Origin: Eledone cirrhosa
Taxonomy: Eukaryota
Length of the DNA stretch: 64,000 nt
Reading direction: 5' to 3'
Assembly: GCA_964016885.1 (NCBI GenBank)
Contig: OZ024747.1
Location: 57,164,001-57,228,000 of the forward strand
Every line of letters starts with the position of its first letter. Position 1 is the stretch's first letter. Under the pieces are notes generated by a model that was given only the letters and a program-made list of their open reading frames with translations, was not told the origin of the DNA and did no database searches. This document shows, one piece after another, positions 11,945 to 25,763 of this stretch. The translations under genes and the position numbers were made by a program.

Positions 11945-12518
11945 TATATTACACTCTCTAGCTCTACACCTCGATACTGATGTGAACCTAAACATCAAGT
12001 GGTCACTCTGGTGAACCTACAGTAACTCTGCATTATACTTCCTGGATATATATATATATATACTGCTCCCCCATTCTCTCTGTTTCTCCTACTTTCTTTC
12101 GCCCCCTCTGTCATGTCAGTTAACTCTTCCTCACACTTCCACTCACTCACTCACTGTTTCTTCTCCTCACTTCACCCCGTTCGCGAAGAAAGCAATTTCT
12201 CTCTTTTCTCACATTGCATTCGTTCGTGAAAGGTCTGTTTTCTAAGCGCTCATATATTCACCTAGCTTATGCTAACAGAATAACTATGAAGCTTGTCTCC
12301 TTCCTTCTACGGTTAGCTCTACTCTTTGTTGTTTTCTTGTCTCACTCGCTTTACGCGTTTTAATTGTCCTAATAACTAATTTAGTTATTATTGCACCGAC
12401 GTGAGGGATATGATTTTTAATGCAATGAAATATCTATGATCGTCGGCAAATCACTGATGAGGGACTTATTTTATTACATGTTATCCATGTGCTACCAGCA
12501 GTATTTTTCTCCCCATTT

Positions 12519-12559
<41 letters not shown>

Positions 12560-13095
12560 GTTCACACGGGTGCCACACAACTAAAAAGTACACAAATCTC
12601 TCCAGATTTATTAGTGTGACATCTCCTAATTTTATGTTGTTTATACGTTTTGATATTTCTGTTTCTGTGGATTCAAATGTTAAACTTATGCATGGACATT
12701 TTCATTTATTTTCTTGTTTTAACTTTTCTTTCATGATTGCGGAATTTTATTTGTATATAGATTTAATTTCCATGTATATCTTATTAAAATGATAAAAAAA
12801 ATTTTCTAAATTTTGTGAAACGTACATAAAACAAATAAAATGTTAGAATTCTCCCTAAACCTTGGTTGTATTAATTCTTTACTTAACAACCTGGTCAAAA
12901 CTGGCTCTGGTTCTATGAAATAAAACCACCCATTTTAAAGGTTTCCAATTTAAATTAAAATCTTTAAAGATAATTCTATATAAGAACCTTACATTAAATT
13001 ACTATCTTAGTAAATAAATAATTAATAATTTTAGTAAATCCTTCATTAATTAATTAAAATAGGGTGTATTTCAGTAGAAATGTGATCATGAAAGC

Positions 13096-13159
<64 letters not shown>

Positions 13160-13604
13160 GGTTGTGTTTGAAAGCTACCCTAATAAAAATTAGATAGTAA
13201 ATGTTAAAAATATAACAATGTTGTTGAAATATTACCTTGCAGTTCTTTATATTTGGGGATTAATAGAGAAAACTTAAGAGCAACAAAATATATACACAAC
13301 TCCAAACTAGTTTTTATCTATTAATCTTTTGATGAAGATATTTTAACCCAAAATATAAGAACCTAAAAAGAATTGCAAGGTAACTGTTAGTACTCATTTT
13401 CAGCTGAGTATACTGCTCAAGAACACAACATGCAACCCAGGCCAGGAATCAAACCCACAACATTATGATCCAAAGTCCAACACCCTTACCACTAGGCCAT
13501 GGTCCTCTATAAACACACACTTATATATTATGAAATACTGTTGGCTTCTTGCTCACATTCATTTCTATATTTTCATATATCTATATATATGTATGTATAT
13601 ATAT

Positions 13605-13935
13605 ATCATCATCATCATCATCACCGTTTTACGTCCGTTCTTCCACACTAGCATGGGTTGTCCTGTTGTGGGCAGTGTCCGGTCGGCTGACCTTGTCTTG
13701 CTCACACGGGAACTGATTCTGGCTTGATTTCTACAGCTGTATGCCCTTCCTAACACCAACCTCATTTACACTGAGTGCTGGGTGCTTCTTTTCCGTGGCG
13801 CCTACACGTCCACTTTACAGTGTGGGCTGGGTGCTTTTTTGCCATGGCACCTCCACGACCACTTTGTAGTGGGAGGGGGTGGGGGCATATTGTCTATATG
13901 CTTCAGCTTCGGCTTGTACCCATGGGGGGTGGGGG
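13605..13935 (-). mobile_element. Isolated 3' UTR fragment of the RTE subfamily seen at 57159-60194
   Basis: Near-identical to 57161-57480; ends in (CAT)n on the plus strand. Confidence 0.8.
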
Positions 13936-15211
13936 GTCGGTATATATATATATGTGTGTGTGTGTTTTTGTGTGTGTATCATATTTTCTATTGTTATATT
14001 ATCAAAGAATAGTCTATTTCTGGAGAGAGGAAAAAACTTTAGGAATTACACACACACCCTAACACACACACACTCACTCTCACACACACAATCCCTTATC
14101 AGGAAAGATATTTCCTAACACTCTGCTCCCCAGCTTCTCCAGCCCACTCCCCACCCACAAACATTTGCAATGGCCATAAATAACCCCCTCCACACCCCCT
14201 CTGTTTTACCTACCCACACACACCACCACTCCAATCTCCCCAAAATGAAACTGTAGTATATGATAAATTAGATGATTCACACTGATTTCTCTCTCTCTCT
14301 CTCTCTGTCTTTCTGTCCTTCTTTCTCTCTCTGGGAGGGGAACTTTGAAAGATACACACATACAGTGAGAGAGTGAAAGAAAGATATGATAGATAAATTG
14401 ATAGAATGAGAGAGGGGTGAAAGAAGAGAGAGATGGATAGATAGAGTGAGATAGGGAGAGTGTGTGTTTGGCGGGAGGGGGAAGAGGAGGTGATATGAAG
14501 AAGACAAAATAAACAATGTTGATTTATCTCTGTGAGAATATTTGCAATACCAGCTGGGTGGAACAGGGGTTTAGTTCTGGGTGAGAAAATTCTGAGTTAT
14601 GTTTTCAAAGGAAAACCACCCCACCCCAACCCATCCCGGTCATTAGACCAGACTAAGGAAACATTTTCCCACTGATACTATCTGCTGGTCTCAAGTCCTG
14701 TTAGATGGAAGTGAAATTTGAACTCAGAATGCTCAGTACTGGATAATATACTGAATGACACCTTAACTATTCTGCCTATCTGCTGTCCCCCACTCATAAA
14801 CTGGAACCTTATTTAATTGACCTTCCACCAAAAAAAAGGATGAAAGACAAAGTTGATCTTGGTAAGATTTGAACTCAGAATGCAGTGAGCTGTAACAAAT
14901 ATTAAGTCTCTAATGAGTGCCAATTTGCTGCCTTCAAATCAGTTTATTCTCAAATGTGACTAATGAACTTATTTATCATACTTAGAACTTAAACTGCCAA
15001 GGACAGTTAAATCAGGATTCAGAGCTGATTGAGATGAGATCAAAAAATAAAACTGAAGTCTACGGCTCACACATATGTAGGTTTAATTGTCCTCCTATGA
15101 ATTTGAGGTTTGAAAAAAAAGATAATAATAATTGTTTCTACTTTTGGCACAAGGCCAGCAATTATCTCAGTGCATTACTGGTACTTTATTTCATCGACCC
15201 CGTAAGGATAA

Positions 15212-15552
15212 TAATAATGAAAAGTATTGTGTACAGTGCTCAGGTGTACTACAACTCATCAAATGTGCATGTATAGTACATAGAAAAATGTACAAATGTC
15301 AGGAAAGTGAACAGTGTATGAGCCATGATATACAAACACACACACACACACACACACACAAACGTGTGTGTATGGAGGGGGAATATCAAGTGTAGTGTTG
15401 GCGAATTTCAGGAAGCATGGAGGTTTTGAAGGATGCAGAGTCCCAACAGCTAACAACTGATGCAGGTAGTTTGTTCCATGCTTCAGAAACCCTGAGCATG
15501 AAAGAATGTTTCTGAAAGTCATGGAAGCTGTACTGTTTTCTGATTTTGTAAG
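15212..15552 (-). mobile_element. CR1/L2-type LINE 3' fragment
   Basis: Minus translation YKIRKQYSFHDFQKHSFMLRVSEAWNKLPASVV...SFKTSM resembles the CR1 C-terminal RVxxxWNxLP motif. The 3' end GCACTGTACACAATA..CATTATTATT recurs at ~35900 and ~55670. Confidence 0.65.
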
Positions 15553-16005
15553 GAGGAAGATTGGAGGAAGAGACAGCTTGCATGTTTTAAAATATTATAC
15601 TTAGAAACAGTTAAGAGATGGTGTTAGGAAGGATATCAGACCATTGAATACTATCTCAGCAAAAATGTCCTCTAGTCCATGTCAGTATAGAAACATGCAT
15701 GAAAAAACAACTATGATAATGATGAGGATGATGTTAATGGTGGTGGTTTTGATGGTTGGGTTGATGGGGGTATTGGAAGTGGTGGCAGTGGTGGTGTTGA
15801 AAGTGATGATGATGATGATAGTGCTGTGAAAGAAATGGATGAGGATGATTATTATCATGGTGACAATGATGATGATATCATATATATATATGTATATATG
15901 TATATATGTTCTGCGTTTACAGATTGACTTTGTTAGTTTCAGAAGATCCTGTTAAGGGTGAAAGCAGCGATTCTTTGCTTAAACTTTAATCTGTTATTTT
16001 AATAA

Positions 16006-16040
<35 letters not shown>

Positions 16041-16154
16041 TATGTATATGTATATATATATATATTATATATTTATATATATTTATATATATATATGTGT
16101 ATATATATATATATGTGTATATATATATATATGTGTATATATATATATATATAT

Positions 16155-18344
16155 GGCACACTTGCCATCACCGACGCTGATAAGAAGGTAGCTTGGAAGT
16201 GTCACTATGAAAGGCTACTAAATGAGGAGAATAAATGGGAGAAAGACAGTCTCCCCCATATCGACCCAATAGAGGGACCAGCAGTGTTAGTCGAGGGGAG
16301 TATAATAAGTAAGGCAATCAAGGATATGAAGACGGGTAAGGCGGCTGGGCCTTCGGAAATAGTTGCTGAGATGCTGAAGGCATCTGGCACGGTGGGACAC
16401 ACCATGGTCACCCGCATAGTTAACCAAGTCGTACAGAATGGGGTTGTTCCGAAGGACTGGCATAGCAGCATCATCGTTAACTGTTATAAGGGTAAAGGAG
16501 ACGCCCTAGATAGGAGTAACTATAGAGGCATTAAATTAATCGACCAGGTCATGAAGGTCACGGAAAAAGTAATAGCGCAACTAATCAGAGAGAGAATTGA
16601 CCTAGATGAAATGCAGTTCGGGTTTGTGTCAGGCAAAAGTACCACAGACGCTCTTTTCATAGTACGACAACTACAGGAGAAGTACCTAGCTAAAGGTAAA
16701 CCCCTCTACTTAGCTTTTGTCGACTTGGAGATAGCCGTCGACAGAGTCCCCCGCTCCATTATCTGGTGGGCTCTTAGAAAACTAGGCGTTGACGAATGGC
16801 TTGTGAGGGCTATACAAGCAATGTATAAAGAAACAGTCAGCAAGGTTAGAATTAACAACGAATATAGTGAAGAGTTTAGCGTAAAAGTTGGCGTCCATCA
16901 GGGCTCTGTTCTCAGCCCACTACTATTTATTATTGCCCTTCAGGCTATAACAGAGGAGTTCAAGACAGGCTGCCCATGGGAACTCCTATACGCAGACGAC
17001 CTGACACTCATAGCGGAATCAATGGCCGAGCTAGAGAAGAAATTCCAAACATGGAAGCACGGCCTAGAGTCAAAAGGACTTAAAATTAACCTGGCTAAGA
17101 CCAAAGTACTAGTTTGTAGGAAAGAAAACAAGGCGGCGGTCCCTTCTGGGAAATGGTCGTGCTCGGTGTGTAGGAAAGGCGTAGGTAGAAACTCCATTTT
17201 ATGTCCTAAATGCAAAGTATGGGTGCATAAAAGATGTAGTGGGATCACAGGTAAGCTAACTAAGAACATAGATTTTACATGTGGCCGGTGCTCTGGTGCA
17301 ATAAGTAGCAGCAAGTGCCCACAAAATACTAGCTCTTTCAATTGCGCAGAGGGTTCTATAGAAATAGTGGACAGCTTCCGTTACCTGGGCGATAAAATCA
17401 GCAGTGGGGGAGGGTGCTCTGAAAGTACTGTAGCTAGAGTCAGAACTGGTTGGAAAAAGTTCAGAGAGCTTATACCACTATTAGCTGCTAAAGGGTTCTC
17501 CCTAAAAATGAAAGGCAGGTTGTACGATGCCTGCATACGAACAGCAATGCTGCATGGCAGTGAGACCTGGGCATTGTGTGCAGAGGATATACGCAGACTA
17601 GAGAGGAACGAAGCTTGCATGCTCCGCTGGATGTGTAACAGTAATATACGTGAACGGCAAAGCATAAATGAACTAAGGAAAAAATTAGAGATAAGAGGGA
17701 TCAGATGTTGTTTACTCGAGAGAAGGCTACGTTGGTATGGACACGTGATGCGCATGAAAGTCGATAGCTGTATAACAAAGTGCAGGGCAATAAAGATAGA
17801 CGGTAGTCACGGAATAGGCAGACCTAGAAAAACCTGGGACGAGCTGATAAACTCCGACATCACACACTTACACCTCTCCAAGACAATGTCACTGGACCGA
17901 GACCTTTGGCGGTACTCAGTAACAGAGAAGACCCGCCTTACCTAAATATATAGTAAAACCTACTCCAGCCAGTAGGCATCTCTAACAAAATACACCCCGT
18001 CCCACCACCTCCACCCCCACCCCATCCACACCACCCCGTTCTATGTAAAGTTATGTTGGTGCCGCGCCATCGAGGCCGAAACAAATGAGATCGTGTAGGT
18101 GTCACGACAAAAAAACACACAGTCCACGCTGTAATGTGGCCGTGTAGGCAACACGGTAAAAACCTCCCAAACCCACACTGTAAATGTGGTTGGTGTTAGG
18201 AAGGGCATCCAACTGTAGAAAACCTGCCAGACAGTCCTATGCGAGCAAGACAATCACTCTTGCCTCAAGTGGGACTACCCCCGTCCAAACCCATACAAGC
18301 GTGGAACACGGACGTTAAACGTTGATGATGATGATGATGATGAT

Positions 18345-18347
<3 letters not shown>
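16155..18347 (+). mobile_element. 5'-truncated RTE LINE (PHD-bearing family), RT ORF remnant 16155-17945 plus 3' UTR and (GAT)n tail
   Basis: NYRGIKL, QFGF, FVDLE, GVHQGSVLSPLLF, LLYADD, YLGD, LRWYGH. C4HC3 finger after the RT. The ORF's N-terminal YIYI is microsatellite. Confidence 0.92.
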
Positions 18348-18395
<48 letters not shown>

Positions 18396-18521
18396 ATATA
18401 TGTATATATATATGTGTTCCCCAGTGAATTAACAACCCAACAAGGAACTGGGCATATCAGAGTATTGACAATATCATACACCTAAATAACATATGTACTT
18501 GTCTATACCATACTAATTCAA

Positions 18522-18573
18522 GCTGTCTGAAGAGGTCACAGCCAAAGATGGCTGTCACTGAAATATATATAGC
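18522..18573 (+). ncRNA. Hammerhead-ribozyme-like motif (degenerate, minimal type I)
   Basis: GCTGT-CTGAAGA-GGTcACAGCCA-AAGA-TGGCTGTCACt-GAAA-TATAT-ATAGC; stem II 7/7 plus flanking pairs; cleavage-site register imperfect. Confidence 0.45.
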
Positions 18574-18702
18574 AGTAATAAACGAAGCTAAATTTTAATC
18601 ATTTGACTTTTATTTAACTTTATTTTATGTGTATATATATGTATATATATATGTGTATATATATATATGTGTATATATATATATGTATGTATATATATAT
18701 AT

Positions 18703-20031
18703 ATAGCGGAATCAATGGCCGAGCTAGAGAAGAAATTCCAAACATGGAAGCACGGCCTAGAGTCAAAAGGACTTAAAATTAACCTGGCTAAGACCAAAGT
18801 ACTAGTTTGTAGGAAAGAAAACAAGGCGGCGGTCCCTTCTGGGAAATGGTCGTGCTCGGTGTGTAGGAAAGGCGTAGGTAGAAACTCCATTTTATGTCCT
18901 AAATGCAAAGTATGGGTGCATAAAAGATGTAGTGGGATCACAGGTAGGCTAACTAAGAACATAGATTTTACATGTGGCCGGTGCTCTGGTGCAATAAGTA
19001 GCAGCAAGTGCCCACAAACTACTAGCTCTTTCAATTGCGCAGAGGGTTCTATAGAAATAGTGGACAGCTTCCGTTACCTGGGCGATAAAATCAGCAGTGG
19101 GGGAGGGTGCTCTGAAAGTACTGTAGCTAGAGTCAGAACTGGTTGGAAAAAGTTCAGAGAGCTTATACCACTATTAGCTGCTAAAGGGTTCTCACTAAAA
19201 ATGAAAGGCAGGTTGTACGATGCCTGCATACGAACAGCAATGCTGCATGGCAGTGAGACCTGGGCATTGTGTGCAGAGGATATACGCAGACTAGAGAGGA
19301 ACGAAGCTTGCATGCTCCGCTGGATGTGTAACAGTAATATACGTGAACGGCAAAGCATAAACGAACTAAGGAATAAATTAGAGATAAGAGGGATCAGATG
19401 TTGTTTACTCGAGAGAAGGCTACGTTGGTATGGACACGTGATGCGCATGAAAGTCGATAGCTGTATAACAAAGTGCAGGGCAATAAAGATAGACGGTAGT
19501 CACGGAATAGGCAGACCTAGAAAAACCTGGGACGAGCTGATAAACTCCGACATCACACACTTGCACCTCTCCAAGACAATGTCACTGGACCGAGACCTTT
19601 GGCGGTACTCAGTAACAGAGAAGACCCGCCTTACCTAAATATATAGTAAAACCTACTCCAGCCAGTAGGCATCTCTAACAAAATACACCCCGTCCCACCA
19701 CCCCCACCCGATCCACACCACCCCGTTCTATGTAAAGTTATGTTGGTGCCGCGCCATCGAGGCCGAAACAAATGAGATCGTGTAGGTGTCACGACAAAAA
19801 AACACACAGTCCACGCTGTAATGTGGCCGTGTAGGCAACACGGTAAAAACCTCCCAGACCCACACTGTAAATGTGGTTGGTGTTAGGAAGGGCATCCAAC
19901 TGTAGAAAACCTGCCAGACAGTCCTATGCGAGCAAGACAATCACTCTTGCCTCAAGTGGGACTACCCCCGTCCAAACCCATGCAAGCGTGGAACACGGAC
20001 GTTAAACGTTGATGATGATGATGATGATGAT
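18703..20031 (+). mobile_element. 5'-truncated RTE LINE, near-identical to 17010-18347
   Basis: Protein from IAESMAELEKK to EKTRLT differs by only a few residues from the upstream copy; same 3' UTR and (GAT)n tail. Confidence 0.92.
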
Positions 20032-20040
20032 ATATGTATG

Positions 20041-20189
<149 letters not shown>

Positions 20190-20309
20190 GTATATATAAT
20201 AATAAATTTGAAGACTAAAATCCAAAGAGGGCTCGATAAGGATAAATATATATCAAATATAGAAGAACCGTAGAGCAAATATTTATTATTTTAATAAATA
20301 TATATATAC

Positions 20310-20656
20310 AGGCACATGGCTTAGTGGTTAGAGTATTGGCCTTGCAATCGAAAGGTTGTGAGTTCAATTCTCAGACCGGGTGATGTGTTGTTTCCTTGAG
20401 CAAGACACTTTATTTCACATTGCTCCAGTTTACTCAGCTGTAGAAATGAGATGATAGGGACTGGGGTCTCTATCATTCCACTGCAAAGTGGTCGTGGAGG
20501 TGCCACGGCAAAAAAGCAGCCAGCACTCACTGTAAATGAGGTTGGTGTTAGGAAGGGCATCCAGCTGTAGAAATCAAGCCAGACTCAGTTCCTGTCCCAC
20601 CCTTGCAAGCAGGGAAAAGTGGACGTAAAATGAAATGATGAAAATGATGAAATGAT
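20310..20656 (+). mobile_element. SINE family 1
   Basis: Matches 9971-10319. Confidence 0.9.
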
Positions 20657-20799
20657 GTATATATATATATATATATGTATAGAATATATATATACATATA
20701 TATATGTATATATATATATATGTATATGAATATATATATATATATACACATATATATATATATATATATATAAATGTATATGAATATATATATATATAT

Positions 20800-20836
<37 letters not shown>

Positions 20837-20889
20837 TATGTATATATATATATATTCACACACATATATATATATATGTGTATATATAT

Positions 20890-20939
<50 letters not shown>

Positions 20940-21997
20940 TTCCGTTCTCCATTGTGCTAACTTGTCAAAATACAGAGAGAGAAAAAAAAGAGAGAAAGAA
21001 TAAAATTTATATAAAAATTATTAGATTTTTATCAAGCTATTCTGAATGTGCAAAACTTTCGTATATAAGAAACTTTGGCGGCAATTAAGTATGTTTTTGT
21101 GATGCCAAATCTTGAGTTATTAACGTCATTCTGTTAACAGAAATGAACTCCGAACTTTTGTCATTCTAAATACTCATTCGGCCTATTATGTAAACATCTC
21201 ATAAATGACAATAAAATTTGAATAAAGAATCAGATTTTTATCAAATCACTTTGATTTGTTCATAACTTTGGAAATTTCTTCGCAAAATCTTCTCCATTTT
21301 TTCTTCTTCTTCCTCTTTGCTTCTTGTTTTTTCTTTCTTTTTTTCTATTATTTCATCTGTCATTTGCTGTGTCCAATTTATATTTATATACCAGATCTGA
21401 CTGGTCAGTCTAAAATTTTGGCCAAATGACTGTACAAGGCAATGAATATTAGCATGAATAAGTGCGTGGTAGAGGACAAAAAAGAGAAAGAGAGATGAAA
21501 CGTAAGATGTGAGAAAGATAATCAGTGTTCTTTTTAACTGAAACCTTTCTTTCTTTTCTAAACGTTCTATATATAATATATATACTGTTAGATTATGAAA
21601 ACAAAAGATTAAATATGGCTATGTATCAAAATTTTCGGTCCATCTCTGAAAATTTGAAGCCACAAAACAGCAAAGGTTGTTTGGAAAGGAGATCGGTTGT
21701 ATTAGGATTGTGTATTTTTGGCAGTCGGCTATCGTAAATATCATGTTTTATAAGGACAAGATCACAACAAACAAACAGTGGTGGAATTTTAGATGAACAA
21801 ACGATGGATGGATTGATGTATGGTTAGGTAGGAAGGTAGGTGGGTGGGGGAATTAGAGGGGATGATGAAGTGAGTATTATCTGTATGAAGTGTGTGTGTG
21901 TGTGTGTGTATGTATACATTGGTGCCTATGTGTTGAGCTGTGGAAATTGTGTGTGTGTATAAAGAGGTATATGAATGTATGGACATGTTGGTAGTAT

Positions 21998-22089
<92 letters not shown>

Positions 22090-22142
22090 TATATCATCAT
22101 CAACATTTTACGTCCACTTTTCCCTGTATATATATATGTATG

Positions 22143-22173
<31 letters not shown>

Positions 22174-22484
22174 GTATGTCTATTTTAATATGTCTATAAA
22201 TATATATATATATATATATGTGTGTGTGTCCACAAACCCCTTTCTTACACACACACACATATATATATATATGTCATCATCATCATTACCATTTATCATC
22301 TATTTTCCATGTGTGCATGGGTTAAGAGACATTCAATCTAAGAAGTACTTAGATGGGTGACTGATTGAGAGACATAAATGTAAGCATTTTATATTTTATA
22401 GTGAAGGGGATGCCCTGGTATGGCCTTATTTATATGAATAAATAAGTAAAAGAATCAAAGAATATATATATATATATATATGCA

Positions 22485-22750
22485 AAAGTTCTATTTAAAA
22501 TTGTTGGGATACAACAAGTAAATATTTTTATAACTGATATAAAGCACTCGACAAGTATTTGGAGTATCCGGTTTACTTCCAAAAACAATGGTTGTATTTT
22601 AAAAGGGTACGTCAACGCTTATTTGTAAAACTGTTATATATTGTATTTTGTCTGATGAAGGCATACCATAATTTAATTTGGTATCCCTGAAATATGTATA
22701 ATGAAATAAATATGGTTTTATAAATATAGTTTCCATTTATTAATATCGTA
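22485..22750 (+). mobile_element. TA-embedded Penelope-like remnant with hammerhead-like core at 22652-22700
   Basis: CTGATGA-AGGcATACCA-loop-TGGTATcCCT-GAAA-TATGTA; homologous to the arms of the 28649-29014 palindrome; stem I poor. Confidence 0.5.
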
Positions 22751-23167
22751 TATATATATATATATATATTTATATGTGCTTTTGTGTATGTGTATTTATT
22801 GTTTGTCTAATATATCTGCATATGTATAAACATACACACATTCATTTGTATGTTCCTTTGTGCTTTTACTGGTTTCCGTCATTTAACTGAGGTACCACCT
22901 TGACATATACACACATATATATACATATATGAGTGTGTGTGTGTATATGTGTATATATGTGTATATATATGTATATATGTGTATATATATATATATATGT
23001 GTATATATATATATATGTGTGTGTGTATATATATATATGTATGTATATATGTATATATATGTATATATATATGTATATATATATGTGTATATATATATAT
23101 GTGTGTGTATATATATATATGTATATATGTGTATATATGTATATATATGTATATATGTATGTATATA

Positions 23168-23198
<31 letters not shown>

Positions 23199-23259
23199 CC
23201 CACCCTTGCAAGCAGAGAAAAGCGAACATAAATTGATGATGATGAAATGTATATATGTT

Positions 23260-23308
<49 letters not shown>

Positions 23309-23779
23309 TTGTATATATATATATATATATATAAGTATATATACATATATATATGTGTGTGCATGTATGTTCTCAGTAAATTACTTGACCACCAAATTAA
23401 ATGTTCAATGAAAGAGATTGTGAGATTGTTTTTTGTGGGGATTTTATTGTTTGTCTTTTGTTTTAATATTCTGGTTTATGATTTAGTATATTTATGTAGT
23501 GTGGTGGTGATGGTGGTTGTGGGGGCTATTGATGTGTGGTGGTGGTGGTGGTGGTGGTTGTGGGGGGCTATTGATGTGTGGTGGTGGGGGGTCCGTGCGT
23601 GCGAAGGTGCTGGTGGTATTAGTGTGTGATGGTGGTTGTAGGGTGTGTAGAGGTGGTGGTGGTGGTATTGGTATGTGGTGGTGGTGGTGGTGGTGGTGAT
23701 GGTGGTCATGGGGGGGGGGGGCTACCGATGGTGTGGTAGTGGTGGATGCAAAGGTACTGGTGGTATTAGTGTGTGATGG

Positions 23780-24330
23780 AGGTTGTGGTGGTGGGATGTG
23801 CAGAGAAGATGGTGGTGGTATTGATGTACGGTGGTGGGAGTGGAGGTATTGGTGTGTGGTGGAAGGGGTGGGGGTATTGGTGTGTGGTGGAGGGGGTGGG
23901 GGTATTGGTGTGTAGAGCTAGTTGTGGGGCATGTGGAGGTGGTATTGGTGTGTGGTGGTGGTAGTGGTGGTGGGATGTGCAGAGAAGATGGTGGTGGTAT
24001 TGATGTACGGTGGTGGGAGTGGAGGTATTGGTGTGTGGTGGAAGGGGTGGGGGTATTGGTGTGTGGTGGAGGGGGTGGGGGTATTGGTGTGTAGAGCTAG
24101 TTGTGGGGCATGTGGAGGTGGTATTGGTGTGTGGTGGTGGTAGTGGTGGTGGGATGTGCAGAGAAGATGGTGGTGGTATTGATGTACGGTGGTGGGAGTG
24201 GAGGTATTGGTGTGTGGTGGAGGGGGTGGGGGTATTGGTGTGTGGTGGAGGGGGTGGGGGTATTGGTGTGTAGAGCTAGTTGTGGGGCATGTGGAGGTGG
24301 TATTGGTGTGTGGTGGTGGTAGTGGTTGGG
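23780..24330. repeat. G/T-rich minisatellite, 179-bp unit, about 3 copies
   Basis: Identical blocks recur at 23831/24010/24189 (period 179), within a wider GGT-rich low-complexity zone (23500-24380). Confidence 0.9.
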
Positions 24331-24503
24331 TGTGTAGAGGTGGTGGTAGCAGTGATATCTGGTGGTGGTGATGGGAGGAGGGAGGAGAGACATGAGTTGG
24401 TGCTCAACAATAAACTCTATAACAAACAATAACAACAGCAAAGTTAACAGTAACAATGAAAAGTGATACCAATAACTTAACATACATACACACACCATGT
24501 AAA

Positions 24504-24548
<45 letters not shown>

Positions 24549-24599
24549 ACATCACGTGTATATATATATATATATATATATATACATACACACACCATG

Positions 24600-24643
<44 letters not shown>

Positions 24644-24660
24644 TACACACCAAGTATATC

Positions 24661-24692
<32 letters not shown>

Positions 24693-24747
24693 CACACCAT
24701 GTAAATATATATATATATATATATATACATACACACATACACACTAC

Positions 24748-24780
<33 letters not shown>

Positions 24781-24809
24781 AACACCATATATATATATAT
24801 GTATATATA

Positions 24810-24847
<38 letters not shown>

Positions 24848-25282
24848 CTCACACACATACACACCACATATATATATATATATACAAACACCATATATAT
24901 ATATATATATGTATCAAGAAAAAAATCCCAAAGAACACATACACACCCTCTCTTATCTTCCTTAGTCTTATCTCCAACACATACACAAACTTTGTCTTAG
25001 AACATACAAGCTCTCCTCTGCTTTACATACACACATACACACACAATCATATATACTTACACACACTCAGAAAATATTATTGAAATATACCAGGTGAAAG
25101 GTCATCATAAAGATGTCTTTTTTTCTTTTATACAATTTTTTTTATTTGTTTCATTGTTTTTATATTTTATTTCATATTTTCAATCTGTGTGGAGATTAAG
25201 AAATATGAATGATGAGGAAGAGAGAAGAAACAAGGGGAGATAACACATTAACAGACTTGTGTGTGTGAGTGTGTGTAAGTAT

Positions 25283-25318
<36 letters not shown>

Positions 25319-25423
25319 GTATGTACATATATATGCAAAAAGCAAACAGAAATAAGAAAGCAAATGACAATGTACAAAGAGGAAATATATTATTAGTTTT
25401 ACGCTTGCTGTAGTAGGAAAAGG

Positions 25424-25460
25424 CTCTTAACATTTCGGACACGAGTCCTTCATCAGAAAA
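25424..25460 (-). ncRNA. Minimal hammerhead-like motif of Penelope type
   Basis: Minus strand TTTT-CTGATGA-A-GGAC-TCGT-GTCC-GAAA-TG-TTA-AGAG. The downstream sequence is homologous to 39281-39363. Confidence 0.5.
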
Positions 25461-25763
25461 TACAATGAGAAATTAAGAAATAGAAAGATTGAGGGGCAAG
25501 CAGGACATAAATAGAAACAAATTTTTAGAGAAAAATAACAGGTTCATTCATGTTGCCATCTCCTGGAAAACTGTTGATGCTGGTGTTTTGTGTATTATAT
25601 AGCTTTTTGAAAAGGTGCTGATCTATATATATATCTATATCTATCTATATATATATATCATCATCATCATCATCATCATCATTGTTTAACATCTATCTTC
25701 CACAATAGCATGAGTTAGACGGTTTTGTTCCATTTGATACTGGAATGGTTAGGGGACGATTAT

